A DNA stretch of 64,000 nucleotides from Poseidonia sp. GTDB taxonomy: Archaea; Thermoplasmatota; Poseidoniia; Poseidoniales; Poseidoniaceae. The position numbers and the translations under genes are program-made. The stretch spans positions 14,095-78,094 of the forward strand of contig JBMYQB010000001.1 in assembly GCA_049600935.1 (NCBI GenBank), given 5' to 3'. The notes beneath the pieces were generated by a model that was not told the DNA's origin, searched no databases, and was given only the letters and a program-made list of their open reading frames with translations. Below, in pieces: positions 1-9,318 of the stretch. Each line of letters opens with the position of its first letter. The first letter of the stretch is position 1.

Positions 1-1872
1 TTTGCTCGGTTCGCCGACGTACACGACCAAACGGGAACGGTCTCTTATCGTGCTGTTCTCAGCGGTTCAGGTGTTGAACTTGAACACAGTGAACTTCGCT
101 TCAACATCACCATTGCCGACGTGCAGGCAGGCTCGAAAGTAGGGTTGTCGCTTCCAACCGGTGAAGTTGCCGTCGATTTCGTCGGCCTCGATGATGGAGG
201 CTTGTTGTTCACCACCGTGGACGGTGAACTTCACGCACGGACCATCACCTCAACGCTTGCCATGGTGGGCGGTGTGGTCCTTGAGGAAAATTGGGGCGGT
301 GAACTGGCCGTCTATCACCGAGATGACGGTCTCGTTCAGGTCGCATGGAGCCGACGCTCGCTCAGTGTTGAGGGCTACATCCTCACGGACATTGCGATGA
401 CGTCCATTTCCGCTGCGGGCAAAACCACGCCGAAGCACTATCACATGCCAGCACTCAAACTCTCAGAGGGGTCCTACTACGGCTTCTCATTTGACCAATA
501 TGACGGAACGATGGTTCTTGCAGGTTATCACCGCGACCTCTCAACCAGTGGCTCCTGGCAAGACATCACCTCACTCTTTGTCATCTCGTCTACTTCACCC
601 GACCGTGGCAATTCATGGACCAGCCCCGTCACCGTGCTGTCCGACATCGACATACGTCCCGGTGATGTTCAACCTCTGGCCGTGGGGCTCGGTGAAGAAT
701 ACCTCCATCTACTGTATCAGGAATACAGGGATGACGTAACTGGCATCGAGCGAGTTGGCCTGATGTATACGCACGGGTCGCCCACGTCCTCGTCGTGGAG
801 TTTCCAGTATTCTGTGGGTGATGACGCTCACGAACCGGCGATTGAAGTTCTCGTTGAAGATGAAGAAGACCGTTTGATTGCGACGTGGATTGAAGGTGAA
901 GGAAAAGTTGCAAACGTCGTTGTTGCCAACACCAACTCACTGTGGAGCGGTGATGCGGTTCAACGGACCCTCGCACCGGGCGTTTCCACCCTCGGTTTTG
1001 CCCTACGTGAGGATGGCGTCTTCCTCTATCATGACGAAATTAACGTCTACGGACCCGTTCATCGAATGGGCCTCATCGCTGATGAGGACGGTTTGCCGCT
1101 GGCCGGCATGTCCAACATGATCGACGATGGCTATCTGTTTGGCATCGGCGTGATGGAAGACGACACCGTGATTTGTTCCATAACACCGGCCGGTTCCCTC
1201 AGTTTGAGCAAGGTAGCCTCGCTCAAAGGCTCAAACGCTCCCGTTGATTCACCAAGCCTTCTCGAGACCTTGCTCGACTATCTTCCTGGCGGCTCGGACG
1301 AAGTGAAATACCGTATTCTCGGCGTCAGCCTGGGCATTCTGGTGCTTTTCCTCGGCGTCGTTGTCGTCATGGTCCGTCGTTCACGAAACGAAGTTGAGGA
1401 ACTCCTCGAGGAATTGGGCGAGGACGCTGACACCGTTGAATTGATGATCACTCCCGAGCACGATGCAGGCCCGTTGGTCTCCATCGATGAGGACGAGGAA
1501 CTCACCGTTGAAGAATCACAGCTCACGGCCGTGATGGACGATGAAGATGAGAGTCTTGCAGCAGAACTCGAGCGGAAGTTAGAGGAAGGGGAAGGCAACG
1601 CTCGTCTTGAGCGCCGAATGAAGCGGAAGCAACAGCGAGAGATGGCGGAAATTTTGCAACAAGGGCTGCCGCCGCTACCAACTCCAGAACTCCCTGTGCC
1701 TGCCGTGCTTCCCCCGCTTGACGGAACCCTACCGCTTCCTGCTCCCGCTCTGCCGTTGCCCGACCTGAAACGTGAAGTCAACTGTCCGTCATGCCAGGCC
1801 AAATTTGGGGTAAAAGACTTGATGCTCAAGCGCGTGAAGTGCCCTGTTTGCGACCAGACTTTCGACCTGTGA
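1..1872 (+). CDS. Type I membrane surface protein, 5' end truncated by the window edge (BNR/Asp-box ectodomain, one TM helix, acidic/Pro-rich/zinc-ribbon cytoplasmic tail)
   Basis: The frame of ORF 121..1872 stays open back to nt 1, so the listed GTG start is probably internal. Asp-box SPDRGNSW. TM ILGVSLGILVLFLGVVVVMV followed by RRSR. C-terminal CPSC-x15-CPVC. Confidence 0.6.
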   Translation, partial: FARFADVHDQTGTVSYRAVLSGSGVELEHSELRFNITIADVQAGSKVGLSLPTGEVAVDFVGLDDGGLLFTTVDGELHARTITSTLAMVGGVVLEENWGGELAVYHRDDGLVQVAWSRRSLSVEGYILTDIAMTSISAAGKTTPKHYHMPALKLSEGSYYGFSFDQYDGTMVLAGYHRDLSTSGSWQDITSLFVISSTSPDRGNSWTSPVTVLSDIDIRPGDVQPLAVGLGEEYLHLLYQEYRDDVTGIERVGLMYTHGSPTSSSWSFQYSVGDDAHEPAIEVLVEDEEDRLIATWIEGEGKVANVVVANTNSLWSGDAVQRTLAPGVSTLGFALREDGVFLYHDEINVYGPVHRMGLIADEDGLPLAGMSNMIDDGYLFGIGVMEDDTVICSITPAGSLSLSKVASLKGSNAPVDSPSLLETLLDYLPGGSDEVKYRILGVSLGILVLFLGVVVVMVRRSRNEVEELLEELGEDADTVELMITPEHDAGPLVSIDEDEELTVEESQLTAVMDDEDESLAAELERKLEEGEGNARLERRMKRKQQREMAEILQQGLPPLPTPELPVPAVLPPLDGTLPLPAPALPLPDLKREVNCPSCQAKFGVKDLMLKRVKCPVCDQTFDL

Positions 1873-1881
1873 AGTGATTCC

Positions 1882-3705
1882 ATGTGCGGTATTTTTGGCT
1901 ACATCGGACACCAACAAGCCCTCCCCATTTTGGTCGAGGGTTTGCGGCGATTGGAATACAGGGGATACGACTCCACGGGTGTCGCCGTTGATGACGGGTC
2001 GGTCATTCACACGCACAAAACTGTGGGAAAGGTTGCTGATTTGAAGTCGGTTCTTCCCCGGACGGTGGAAGGCACCCGAGGCATTGCCCACACCCGTTGG
2101 GCCACTCACGGCGGAGTCACGCAGGTCAACACGCACCCCCACGCATCTCATGACGGGGCCATTCACCTCGTCCACAACGGCATCATTGAGAATTATCAGC
2201 ACCTTCGGCGAGGCCTCGCTGCTCGAGGAATTGACTGCGTCAGCGAGACCGATTCAGAAGTGCTCGTTCAGATGATGGCGTTGGAACTCCAGAAGGGCGC
2301 GACACCTTTGCAGTCCGTTCAAAAAACCCTCAAGGTTGTCCGTGGAACATGGGGTCTTTGCATTCTGTTCAAGGAACACGACATCCTCATTTGTGCTCGC
2401 AACGGCTCTCCGCTCATCATCGGGCAAGGAGAGGGCGAGACCTTCGTTTCAAGCGACCCGCATCCGTTGACCTCGCACACCCAACGGGTGGTCTATTTGG
2501 AAGACGGTGATGTCGCTGTCATCGAGAGGGGTTCCTTCAGCATCACAACCACAAAAGGAGGGAGAGTTGAGCCCAACATCACGGTCTTGGAAGATGCATG
2601 GGGCGAGGCAGAACTTGGCGATGCACCCCACTACATGTATAAGGAAATCTACGAGCAACCCGATGCTTTGCGCCAATGCATTGGAGGCCGTGTTGACAGA
2701 GAGATGGGAACCGGACGTCTTGGAGGTATGGGCCTTGACCACAACACCCTTGTCCAAGCGCCGCACGTGCGCCTGCTTGGATGTGGCACCGCAGCGTTCG
2801 CCGCAGAAATCGGGCAGATGCTCATTGAGAAAATGGGACGAATTCCAGCGGTCACCCACATCTCGAGTGAATTTCGAAACAACGACCCCGTGATCAATCC
2901 CAAGGCCTTGTATCTCGCCGTTTCGCAATCGGGTGAAACCGCAGATACCATCTCGGCGGTGAAGGAAATCAAACTCAAGGGTGGGCAGGTCTTTGGTGTG
3001 GTGAACGTGGTTGGCTCAACCATCGCTCGACTCTGCGGCCAGGGCGTCTACATCCATTCAGGCCCCGAACAATCCGTTGCATCAACCAAGGCCTTCACCA
3101 ACATGGTCGCGGCTTTGACCATTTTTGCAACACAACTTGGACGTACACGGCACCTCTCGAAAGACGATGGGCGGGAGTTGATTCAACACCTGCAGCAAGC
3201 ACCTCACTTGATGGAGACCTACTTTGAAGACACGGGCCCCGTCAATGAGGCGGTGGAACTCCTCAGTTCAGCGAAGTCTGTTCTGTTCTTGGGGCGTGGC
3301 CTCTCAGCACCCGTTGCGAAGGAAGGTGCACTGAAACTCATGGAGTTGGCTTACATTCCCTGCTTGGCTTACCCTGCAGGAGAGATGAAACACGGCCCCA
3401 TTGCCTTGCTCGAAGAGGGCAGCCCCGTCGTGGTCGTGGCACCCAACGACCACCTGAAGGAAAAGACGATGTCGGCCCTCCATGAATGCAAAGCAAGAGG
3501 TGCAAAGATCATCCTGATTCACGAAAAAGGCGACGCCATCGCATCCGAGGGCGATGTGTCCATCGCCGTTCCTGCCATCCACCCTTGGTTGACCCCCCTT
3601 CTCACGGTCTTGCCGCTGCAGTTGATGGCGTACGAGACCGCCGTCAAGCTCGGTCGGGATGTGGACCGTCCACGAAACCTCGCCAAATCGGTCACGGTTG
3701 AGTGA
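1882..3705 (+). CDS. glmS: Glutamine--fructose-6-phosphate aminotransferase (isomerizing)
   Basis: N-terminal MCGIFGY catalytic Cys2. Two SIS domains (SQSGETADT). Typical length of 607 aa. C-terminal KSVTVE. Confidence 0.95.
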   Translation: MCGIFGYIGHQQALPILVEGLRRLEYRGYDSTGVAVDDGSVIHTHKTVGKVADLKSVLPRTVEGTRGIAHTRWATHGGVTQVNTHPHASHDGAIHLVHNGIIENYQHLRRGLAARGIDCVSETDSEVLVQMMALELQKGATPLQSVQKTLKVVRGTWGLCILFKEHDILICARNGSPLIIGQGEGETFVSSDPHPLTSHTQRVVYLEDGDVAVIERGSFSITTTKGGRVEPNITVLEDAWGEAELGDAPHYMYKEIYEQPDALRQCIGGRVDREMGTGRLGGMGLDHNTLVQAPHVRLLGCGTAAFAAEIGQMLIEKMGRIPAVTHISSEFRNNDPVINPKALYLAVSQSGETADTISAVKEIKLKGGQVFGVVNVVGSTIARLCGQGVYIHSGPEQSVASTKAFTNMVAALTIFATQLGRTRHLSKDDGRELIQHLQQAPHLMETYFEDTGPVNEAVELLSSAKSVLFLGRGLSAPVAKEGALKLMELAYIPCLAYPAGEMKHGPIALLEEGSPVVVVAPNDHLKEKTMSALHECKARGAKIILIHEKGDAIASEGDVSIAVPAIHPWLTPLLTVLPLQLMAYETAVKLGRDVDRPRNLAKSVTVE

Positions 3706-3707
3706 AC

Positions 3708-4436
3708 TCAAAGGATGGTGAAGCGTTGCTCACCCTCTTTCCAATTGAAGGGCTTGTAGCCAAGCACGTGGTTCGTATGTCGCATTTTGACAATGCCGAG
3801 TTTGCGGTGGACATCGTCTCCTGAGCGTTCCATAACCAGATGCATCACGCCGTCAGAGAGGTAGTCTTCAACACCGTATTCTCCGAATTGCTTGTGGTCT
3901 TCGCCCGTCATTTCACAGATGAAGAACGAAGTGAGTTCAAGGCGGCGAACGGCCTCAAAGAGTCGGAAAATTTCGTCACGTGGGTTTTCCATTTTGGTTA
4001 GCGTGAAAAACGCACCCAATGAGTCAAACACAAGCAGTTCAAACCCGATGGATTGGCGATAGGAGGTCAACTGCTTGATGAGTTGTCCCATCCAGTCCAC
4101 TCGGTTGCTCATCCCTTGTTCATCGAGTTGAACACGAAGGTCTGCAAGGTCAATGATGGCGATGCGATTTCGGACGCGTGGGTCGTCGACGTTCATACCC
4201 ATGTTCGCCATGTGCGAGCGAAGCGAATCCTTTCCTTGCTCGAGAGTGACGTAAATCCCGCTCGTCTCGCCGTAGAGGACGGCGTTGTAGAGCATTGAAA
4301 ATGTCAAACTCGACTTCATGGCACCCGAGGCGCCAGCGACAATGCAGATGTGGCCTTGTGGGATGCCTCCCTGCATCTTTTCGTCGAGGCCTTCGATATG
4401 TGTGGGGATTCGGTCCATCTCTGACATGGTGCTCAC
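3708..4436 (-). CDS. KaiC/RecA-superfamily ATPase-like protein with a degenerate Walker A
   Basis: Opening IPTHIEGLDEKMQGGIPQGHICIVAGASGAMKSS is typical of single-domain archaeal KaiC-like proteins. Walker B-like LLVFDS. The P-loop reads GASGAMKS (Met where the second Gly is expected). Confidence 0.65.
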   Translation of the reverse strand: MSTMSEMDRIPTHIEGLDEKMQGGIPQGHICIVAGASGAMKSSLTFSMLYNAVLYGETSGIYVTLEQGKDSLRSHMANMGMNVDDPRVRNRIAIIDLADLRVQLDEQGMSNRVDWMGQLIKQLTSYRQSIGFELLVFDSLGAFFTLTKMENPRDEIFRLFEAVRRLELTSFFICEMTGEDHKQFGEYGVEDYLSDGVMHLVMERSGDDVHRKLGIVKMRHTNHVLGYKPFNWKEGEQRFTIL

Positions 4437-4523
4437 TCGTGCCTCGGTGGACCCTCCGATTCTTCAATATCACCCACGCATTTGATGGGCAATCTCCAAG
4501 GCCCGCGTGTACTCGTTCGCAAC

Positions 4524-5090
4524 ATGGACGTGTGGCTGGCATCGAATTCAGAGCGCCGCCAAGCCCTCTTGGCTCCACTCTTTTCCTCCCTTCACCACAA
4601 GGGCTTGGACGATGTGGATGAGACCCCACCGTCCGGAACGGTCGAACATCAAGTGTTGACCATTTGTCAGCGTAAGGCGCAAGCCTTACCCGAAACGACG
4701 CACGATGTGGTCATTGTTTCTGATACCATGCTCAGCGACCCTGACGATCATTCTCTGAGCATGGGCAAACCACGAGACACCGCTCACGCTGCTGTCATGC
4801 TGCACCGGCTCAGCGGCCGACTTCATCAGGTGTGGTCCGCCACTGGGGTGCGTTGGAACGGAGCGTGGCATTACTGGTGCGAATCCGCGGTGGTGTCCAT
4901 TCCCGACTTAACCCCTGAACAACTCGATGCCCTACTGAAGTCCAATTCGTGGGAAGGAAAGGCGGGTGGCTACGACCTTCACGGTGCCATGGGGCAACAC
5001 GCTCGACTGGTCGAGGGAGCTGAGTGCACCGTGCTCGGCATTGCTGGCGAAGCGATGGCGTTTTTGGAAACGCTGGCTTCGACGTTGTAG
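4524..5090 (+). CDS. maf: Maf-family nucleoside triphosphate pyrophosphatase
   Basis: VWLASNSERRQALL, SDT, GKPRD...A..ML.RLSGRLHQVWS and GKAGGYDLHG match Maf family motifs. Start chosen at the ATG giving MDVWLAS; the longer ORF begins at 4482. Confidence 0.8.
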   Translation: MDVWLASNSERRQALLAPLFSSLHHKGLDDVDETPPSGTVEHQVLTICQRKAQALPETTHDVVIVSDTMLSDPDDHSLSMGKPRDTAHAAVMLHRLSGRLHQVWSATGVRWNGAWHYWCESAVVSIPDLTPEQLDALLKSNSWEGKAGGYDLHGAMGQHARLVEGAECTVLGIAGEAMAFLETLASTL

Positions 5091-5091
5091 G

Positions 5092-5664
5092 TCAAAGAAG
5101 GGGGGTTAATCCCAGTTCGTGTTTGTGCATGTCAACAACAACGTTTTGTCCGGGGATCATCAACAATTTGTCCTCTGCATCCAAGGAAAACACACTGACC
5201 CTCGCTTGGTCAGCCATGTGCTTGATGTCCCGCCGACAAGCCATTTGGTGGCTTTCCATGTGAACGAGCGAACGTAGGTCAACGATGGCGGTATCGCCTT
5301 GCATGACGCGTTCCAACATGTCCCTCGTGGGAATGCGCTTCATGACGTCCGGTGCGATATAACGCAGGGCTTTGTTGGGATGAGGTGCTCGCCGTTCAAC
5401 CGGAACACCGAGGTCGTGAAAGGCCTCGCCGTCGGGGGTCAGTGGGCCGTTCCAGCCCAATGGAGGTGTCCGTAGTCCACTCACGTCTGGTTGGAGACGG
5501 GCTGGAGGAACGGTTGATTGCGTCGCAGGTTCCGGTTGAAGCTCAGGTTCAGGCGATGGTGACAACGATACGGGTCGCTGTTCGGAGGGGCTTGGTTGGG
5601 GGCGGGGGTCGGGTGTTCCACCTTCCGGGTCGGGCAGGCCGAAAAAATTCCACAAACTTCCCAT
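5092..5664 (-). CDS. sepF: Archaeal SepF-like cell division protein
   Basis: N-terminal amphipathic MGSLWNFFGL, then a long Pro-rich linker. The C-terminal core (YIAPDVMKRIPTRDMLERVMQGDTAIVDLRSL...VSVFSLDAEDKLLMIPGQNVVVD) has the beta-alpha-beta-alpha-beta pattern of SepF/DUF552. Confidence 0.6.
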   Translation of the reverse strand: MGSLWNFFGLPDPEGGTPDPRPQPSPSEQRPVSLSPSPEPELQPEPATQSTVPPARLQPDVSGLRTPPLGWNGPLTPDGEAFHDLGVPVERRAPHPNKALRYIAPDVMKRIPTRDMLERVMQGDTAIVDLRSLVHMESHQMACRRDIKHMADQARVSVFSLDAEDKLLMIPGQNVVVDMHKHELGLTPLL

Positions 5665-5673
5665 GCTGCTTCC

Positions 5674-8600
5674 TCAGAAGTCCAAATCGTCAAGCAACGA
5701 TTGCAACTCTGCTGAGGCAGGTGTTGGTGGAGTTTGTGAAACTATGGGTTGTACAGGCGCTGGAGCAGGTGGATTGGCAGCCAACCATTGCTCGCCGTAG
5801 TAATTCCACTGCTCCATCGTCCATCCCTCTGGAAGCCCAGTTGCTGGAATCGGGGGCCCCGTGTTGACCGCCTGTGCCGTTTCCATCGGAGCAACAGCAA
5901 CCGTTGCTGAAGGGTCAGCTTGGACGGCTTGCGCAGGTGCCGCTGGTTGCGCTGCAGGGAGCGGTGCCATCGTCTTGGCGGTTGCGTATTGACTCTGGTC
6001 AAACATGCTGTAGTCTTCGGCTGACGTGGCTCCTTGCCGGGTGAAGAGGAGGAAGATGACCAGGCCGATGATGATGATGCCGAGGAGACCGATGATGACC
6101 GCCGTCGTGGTGCCAACCGTGCTGGTGATGCTTTCGAGGATTCCTTCTGCAGGGGCCTCGGCCACCAGAACGATGATCTCCGCTTGCGTGGATTCACCAT
6201 CGTCGTCCGTCACGGTGAGGGTAAAGGTCCACGTTCCGGCCGGAAGATCCTCCACCGTCCAAGTCGGACCTGTGAAATCGATATCGCCAGTCTTTTGTCC
6301 GTCAAGGTCGGTGTCCAGGTGAGAACTGTCCCACGCATAGACAAGGTTCTCTTTGTCCCCAGCGGTCTCCACTGAATTCGTACCCGAAAGGGTAAGGTTG
6401 TCGCCTTCGGTCAAACCGTCAAGTACTGAGATTTCGGAGATGACTGCAGTGGGCGGGAGGTTCAACACGCTCACGTTCATGCTCTGTTGGGCGATAGCAC
6501 CGTCGTCGTCGGTTACGGTGACCGTGATCATTCGCACGCCTCGAGTGTCCCATGAGGGGGCAACGCTGAGCCCGCTGAGTTCGCAGTCGTTGTCGTTAAC
6601 ACCGTCGCCGTTGCTGTCAAGAGCGGCGTCAAGGTCCCAACACACCTCGAGCGAGGCAAGGTCCGAGGCGGTGTCCGAGGCCACAACGGTCAAGTTCAAC
6701 ACGTCGTTTTCAAACACCGGTGTGTTTCCGGGAAGTCCAGTGACGGTTGGTGGAACGTTGTGAATCATCACCATCGCTTGTTGAACCTCTGACGAAGCAC
6801 CATCAGCGTCGATGGCTCGAACCTGAACGGTGTGCATCCCTGATGTGTTCCACGATACAGCTTCGGATGAGGCAATACCGATGCTGGAAATGGTCCAGTT
6901 TTCATCTTCCAACGAAGGGTGCCATTCGATGATGACCGTGCCTTCGTCGTTGGCGGTATCGCTTGCGGTGGCCCGCAGAAGCGCTACTTCGTCCTCGTTC
7001 AAGTGCCAGGTTCCGTTTTCGTCCGGCATGACCTCTTCCCCGCCCTTAAACAAGGACGGGGCCGAAAGCGTCGGTGCGACGTTCAGCACCATCACTTCAC
7101 TGGTCAAGGTGGTGGTGGCTCCATCGTCGTCTGTAGCGACGGCGGTGATGTTCATCGGTCCTTCAAACATCGGCGTGAACGTGCACCTTGGCTGCGTGAG
7201 GCCCTCATCACATTCAAGACCGGGCCAAGAGATTGAGACTTGTTGGCCAGTGGGCGAGGAGGTGTCAATGTCCTCAATGTCCACGGCCTCGAGGGTGATG
7301 GAGGATTCCACTTCAACCGAGGCAGGATGCGTCAAATTGAACGTCGGCGCTCGATTCAACACCACCACGTCGACCACCATCTCGTCCGTATCCAATTCTT
7401 CATCGACGACGAGAACCTTCACGCTCCATGACCCGCTGTTTGACCAGTTCCACTGCGTCCAGCAGTCAGGTGCCTCGATGACATCGATGAGGCCTGCTCG
7501 CGACTCGATCTCAAACCGACAGTCAACATCTCCTCCGTCAATATCAAAACTCTGAGTGGCGTTCAGCGTGACGTTTTCGAACGTGTATTTGCCTTCGTCA
7601 ACAACGAGCGATGCGTTGGGGGCACGACCGATGAAGACCGAGATGGACGCATCGTTGTTGCTGCGGTTGGCATCGGCCGTCACGTTTTGGTCGGGATCGA
7701 CCGTGAAGGTGAGTTGTGCTGTTCCAATTTGCATGTCGGCCGGCACCGACCAGTCGACCAGGATGCGTTCCTCTGCATAGGGTGCGATGGATGGCAGAGG
7801 GCTCCTCGAAACCGTACCATCGGGCGTTTCAATCTCCATGAAGGTGGATGGAGCTGACAGGACGCCACGGTTTTGTGCGGGTAGTGAGAAACTCAGGACG
7901 TCACCGGGAAGTGCGTTGTATCCAATGGAGGCGCCCAGCGTTGACGTGTCGCCGTTGCGTGTTCGCTCCACGATGACGGAACTCGCTTGTGCCACCAAAT
8001 CAATACCAACCACGCTCAAATCTTGCACGATGGTGGTGGCACCAACGACATCGCCAACGGGGTCGTACACCACCACACCGTTGCTGGTGTAGTCATCGCT
8101 TGCCGGTGTATCGTCTACTTCGTCCGAGACGTTGAGCGAAACTTGGGCTTGGCCGTTGTTATCCGTTGTTGGATTGATGATGGTGTCGGCGATTTCGTAT
8201 CGGAGTTGGAGGTTGGTGTTCTTGATGGGGATGCTCGGCGAACCTGCCACGCTGTATTCAATGGAAAGTTGTTCGACGGCGTCGGGTAAGGTGGCCGTGG
8301 TGGCGGTGCTCACGTGGATTTGTGTGTTCCTGCCACCGGGCGAGGAAGATGAAATCACGCTGTTTGAGTCAGCAGGGTCGTAGGTTTTGAGCAGCCAATC
8401 AATGCTGAATCCTGCGGGATTCACGATACGATTCCAAACGCTTCCTCGGACAGCAGGACAATACCAGTTGAACCCGAGGTTCACGCCCGTAGCGTTCCAT
8501 TCTGAGATTTTGTATGAATCATCGCAGCCCGTGTATTGGGGTGCATCGCCATCTTCGCTCGGGGCTTCGTTTTTCACGACTTGCCACGAATTGTTCTCGT

Positions 8601-9267
8601 CTTCTTGGGCGTCAAACTCTGACGGGTCGAAGTAGTCGGATGTGCCGCTCACCTCCGTGGTGGCTTCGAATTCCATGTACCACTGGTCGCCGTTGCGAAG
8701 TGGGAAATCATGGCGTTCCTTGGCCGGTGAATAGGTGTTGTCGAAGGTGACGATACCAAGCGTCTGCTCGAGGAATCCGAGATTGAACGGACGGAATCGG
8801 ACATCCAACGTGAAATCACTGGTTACCGTAGCGAGGTCTCGGGCTCGAAGAATGTCAATCCCGTCGTAATCGATGTTGAGACGTCCGGTGACGCCTTCCA
8901 AGGTGGCCCCGCTGTTGCCCGAGGTGAAACTCCCGCTGATCTCAATTTCATAAGCAAGAATCGTATCACCGTTGTCGTCGGTTTCATAGAAAATGTCGGT
9001 GACTTCGTTGACCGTGTCGCCCGTAAGCGTGTTGAGCGATGCTGAGACATTGGCTTGGGCAAGAAGTTGAGCGACATCGAATTTGGTCTCGTACACCCAC
9101 TTGTCGCCGACCCGATAGGTTGGCACATCAACGGCGCCGCTGGCGCTTTGCGAACGATGCTCTACGGCGTCTTGCTGCTGAAGGACGGTGGACTCAACCA
9201 CGCCGAGTCCCGTGGACAATACGAAGAGCGCGACGAGAAAACCGGCTTGCAAGGCTCGTCCCAACAT
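5674..9267 (-). CDS. Giant surface protein (signal peptide, N-terminal domain shared with its upstream paralog, multiple PKD-like repeats, C-terminal TM, cytoplasmic tail)
   Basis: Signal-like MLGRALQAGFLVALFVLSTGLG. Repeated PKD hallmarks (VTVTDDDGA, LTVTDDDGE, AVATDDDGA ... VLN.PP). Many N-x-S/T sequons. TM AVIIGLLGIIIIGLVIFLLF. Tail motif GLPEGWTMEQWNYYGEQWL. Confidence 0.85.
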   Translation of the reverse strand: MLGRALQAGFLVALFVLSTGLGVVESTVLQQQDAVEHRSQSASGAVDVPTYRVGDKWVYETKFDVAQLLAQANVSASLNTLTGDTVNEVTDIFYETDDNGDTILAYEIEISGSFTSGNSGATLEGVTGRLNIDYDGIDILRARDLATVTSDFTLDVRFRPFNLGFLEQTLGIVTFDNTYSPAKERHDFPLRNGDQWYMEFEATTEVSGTSDYFDPSEFDAQEDENNSWQVVKNEAPSEDGDAPQYTGCDDSYKISEWNATGVNLGFNWYCPAVRGSVWNRIVNPAGFSIDWLLKTYDPADSNSVISSSSPGGRNTQIHVSTATTATLPDAVEQLSIEYSVAGSPSIPIKNTNLQLRYEIADTIINPTTDNNGQAQVSLNVSDEVDDTPASDDYTSNGVVVYDPVGDVVGATTIVQDLSVVGIDLVAQASSVIVERTRNGDTSTLGASIGYNALPGDVLSFSLPAQNRGVLSAPSTFMEIETPDGTVSRSPLPSIAPYAEERILVDWSVPADMQIGTAQLTFTVDPDQNVTADANRSNNDASISVFIGRAPNASLVVDEGKYTFENVTLNATQSFDIDGGDVDCRFEIESRAGLIDVIEAPDCWTQWNWSNSGSWSVKVLVVDEELDTDEMVVDVVVLNRAPTFNLTHPASVEVESSITLEAVDIEDIDTSSPTGQQVSISWPGLECDEGLTQPRCTFTPMFEGPMNITAVATDDDGATTTLTSEVMVLNVAPTLSAPSLFKGGEEVMPDENGTWHLNEDEVALLRATASDTANDEGTVIIEWHPSLEDENWTISSIGIASSEAVSWNTSGMHTVQVRAIDADGASSEVQQAMVMIHNVPPTVTGLPGNTPVFENDVLNLTVVASDTASDLASLEVCWDLDAALDSNGDGVNDNDCELSGLSVAPSWDTRGVRMITVTVTDDDGAIAQQSMNVSVLNLPPTAVISEISVLDGLTEGDNLTLSGTNSVETAGDKENLVYAWDSSHLDTDLDGQKTGDIDFTGPTWTVEDLPAGTWTFTLTVTDDDGESTQAEIIVLVAEAPAEGILESITSTVGTTTAVIIGLLGIIIIGLVIFLLFTRQGATSAEDYSMFDQSQYATAKTMAPLPAAQPAAPAQAVQADPSATVAVAPMETAQAVNTGPPIPATGLPEGWTMEQWNYYGEQWLAANPPAPAPVQPIVSQTPPTPASAELQSLLDDLDF

Positions 9268-9318
9268 GGTTACAGGTGGGCCTTCTGATACAAAAGAGAA
9301 TGTCCTCCTTGCGGAGCA

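Noticed and set aside
4150-4629. A 159-aa minus-strand ORF across the kaiC-like/maf divergent region.
   Set aside because: It overlaps the KaiC-like coding frame and the promoter gap. Its translation is Arg/His/Pro-rich with no motif.
5677-5700. The C-terminal SLLDDLDF of the giant protein as a mimic of the FtsZ C-terminal peptide that binds SepF, and recurrence of DLDF in the tail of the 50011..54930 protein.
   Set aside because: DLDF also occurs in an ectodomain context (the 29219..30610 protein), and the proteome is Asp/Leu-rich. A 4-residue match is therefore not significant. I note it only as a speculative lead.
5782-5838. Idea that GLPEGWTMEQWNYYGEQWL is a bona fide WW domain.
   Set aside because: The LPxGW opening matches, but only 12 residues separate the flanking Trp residues. 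That is too short for a three-stranded WW fold. I keep it as an unknown Trp-rich motif rather than a WW call.
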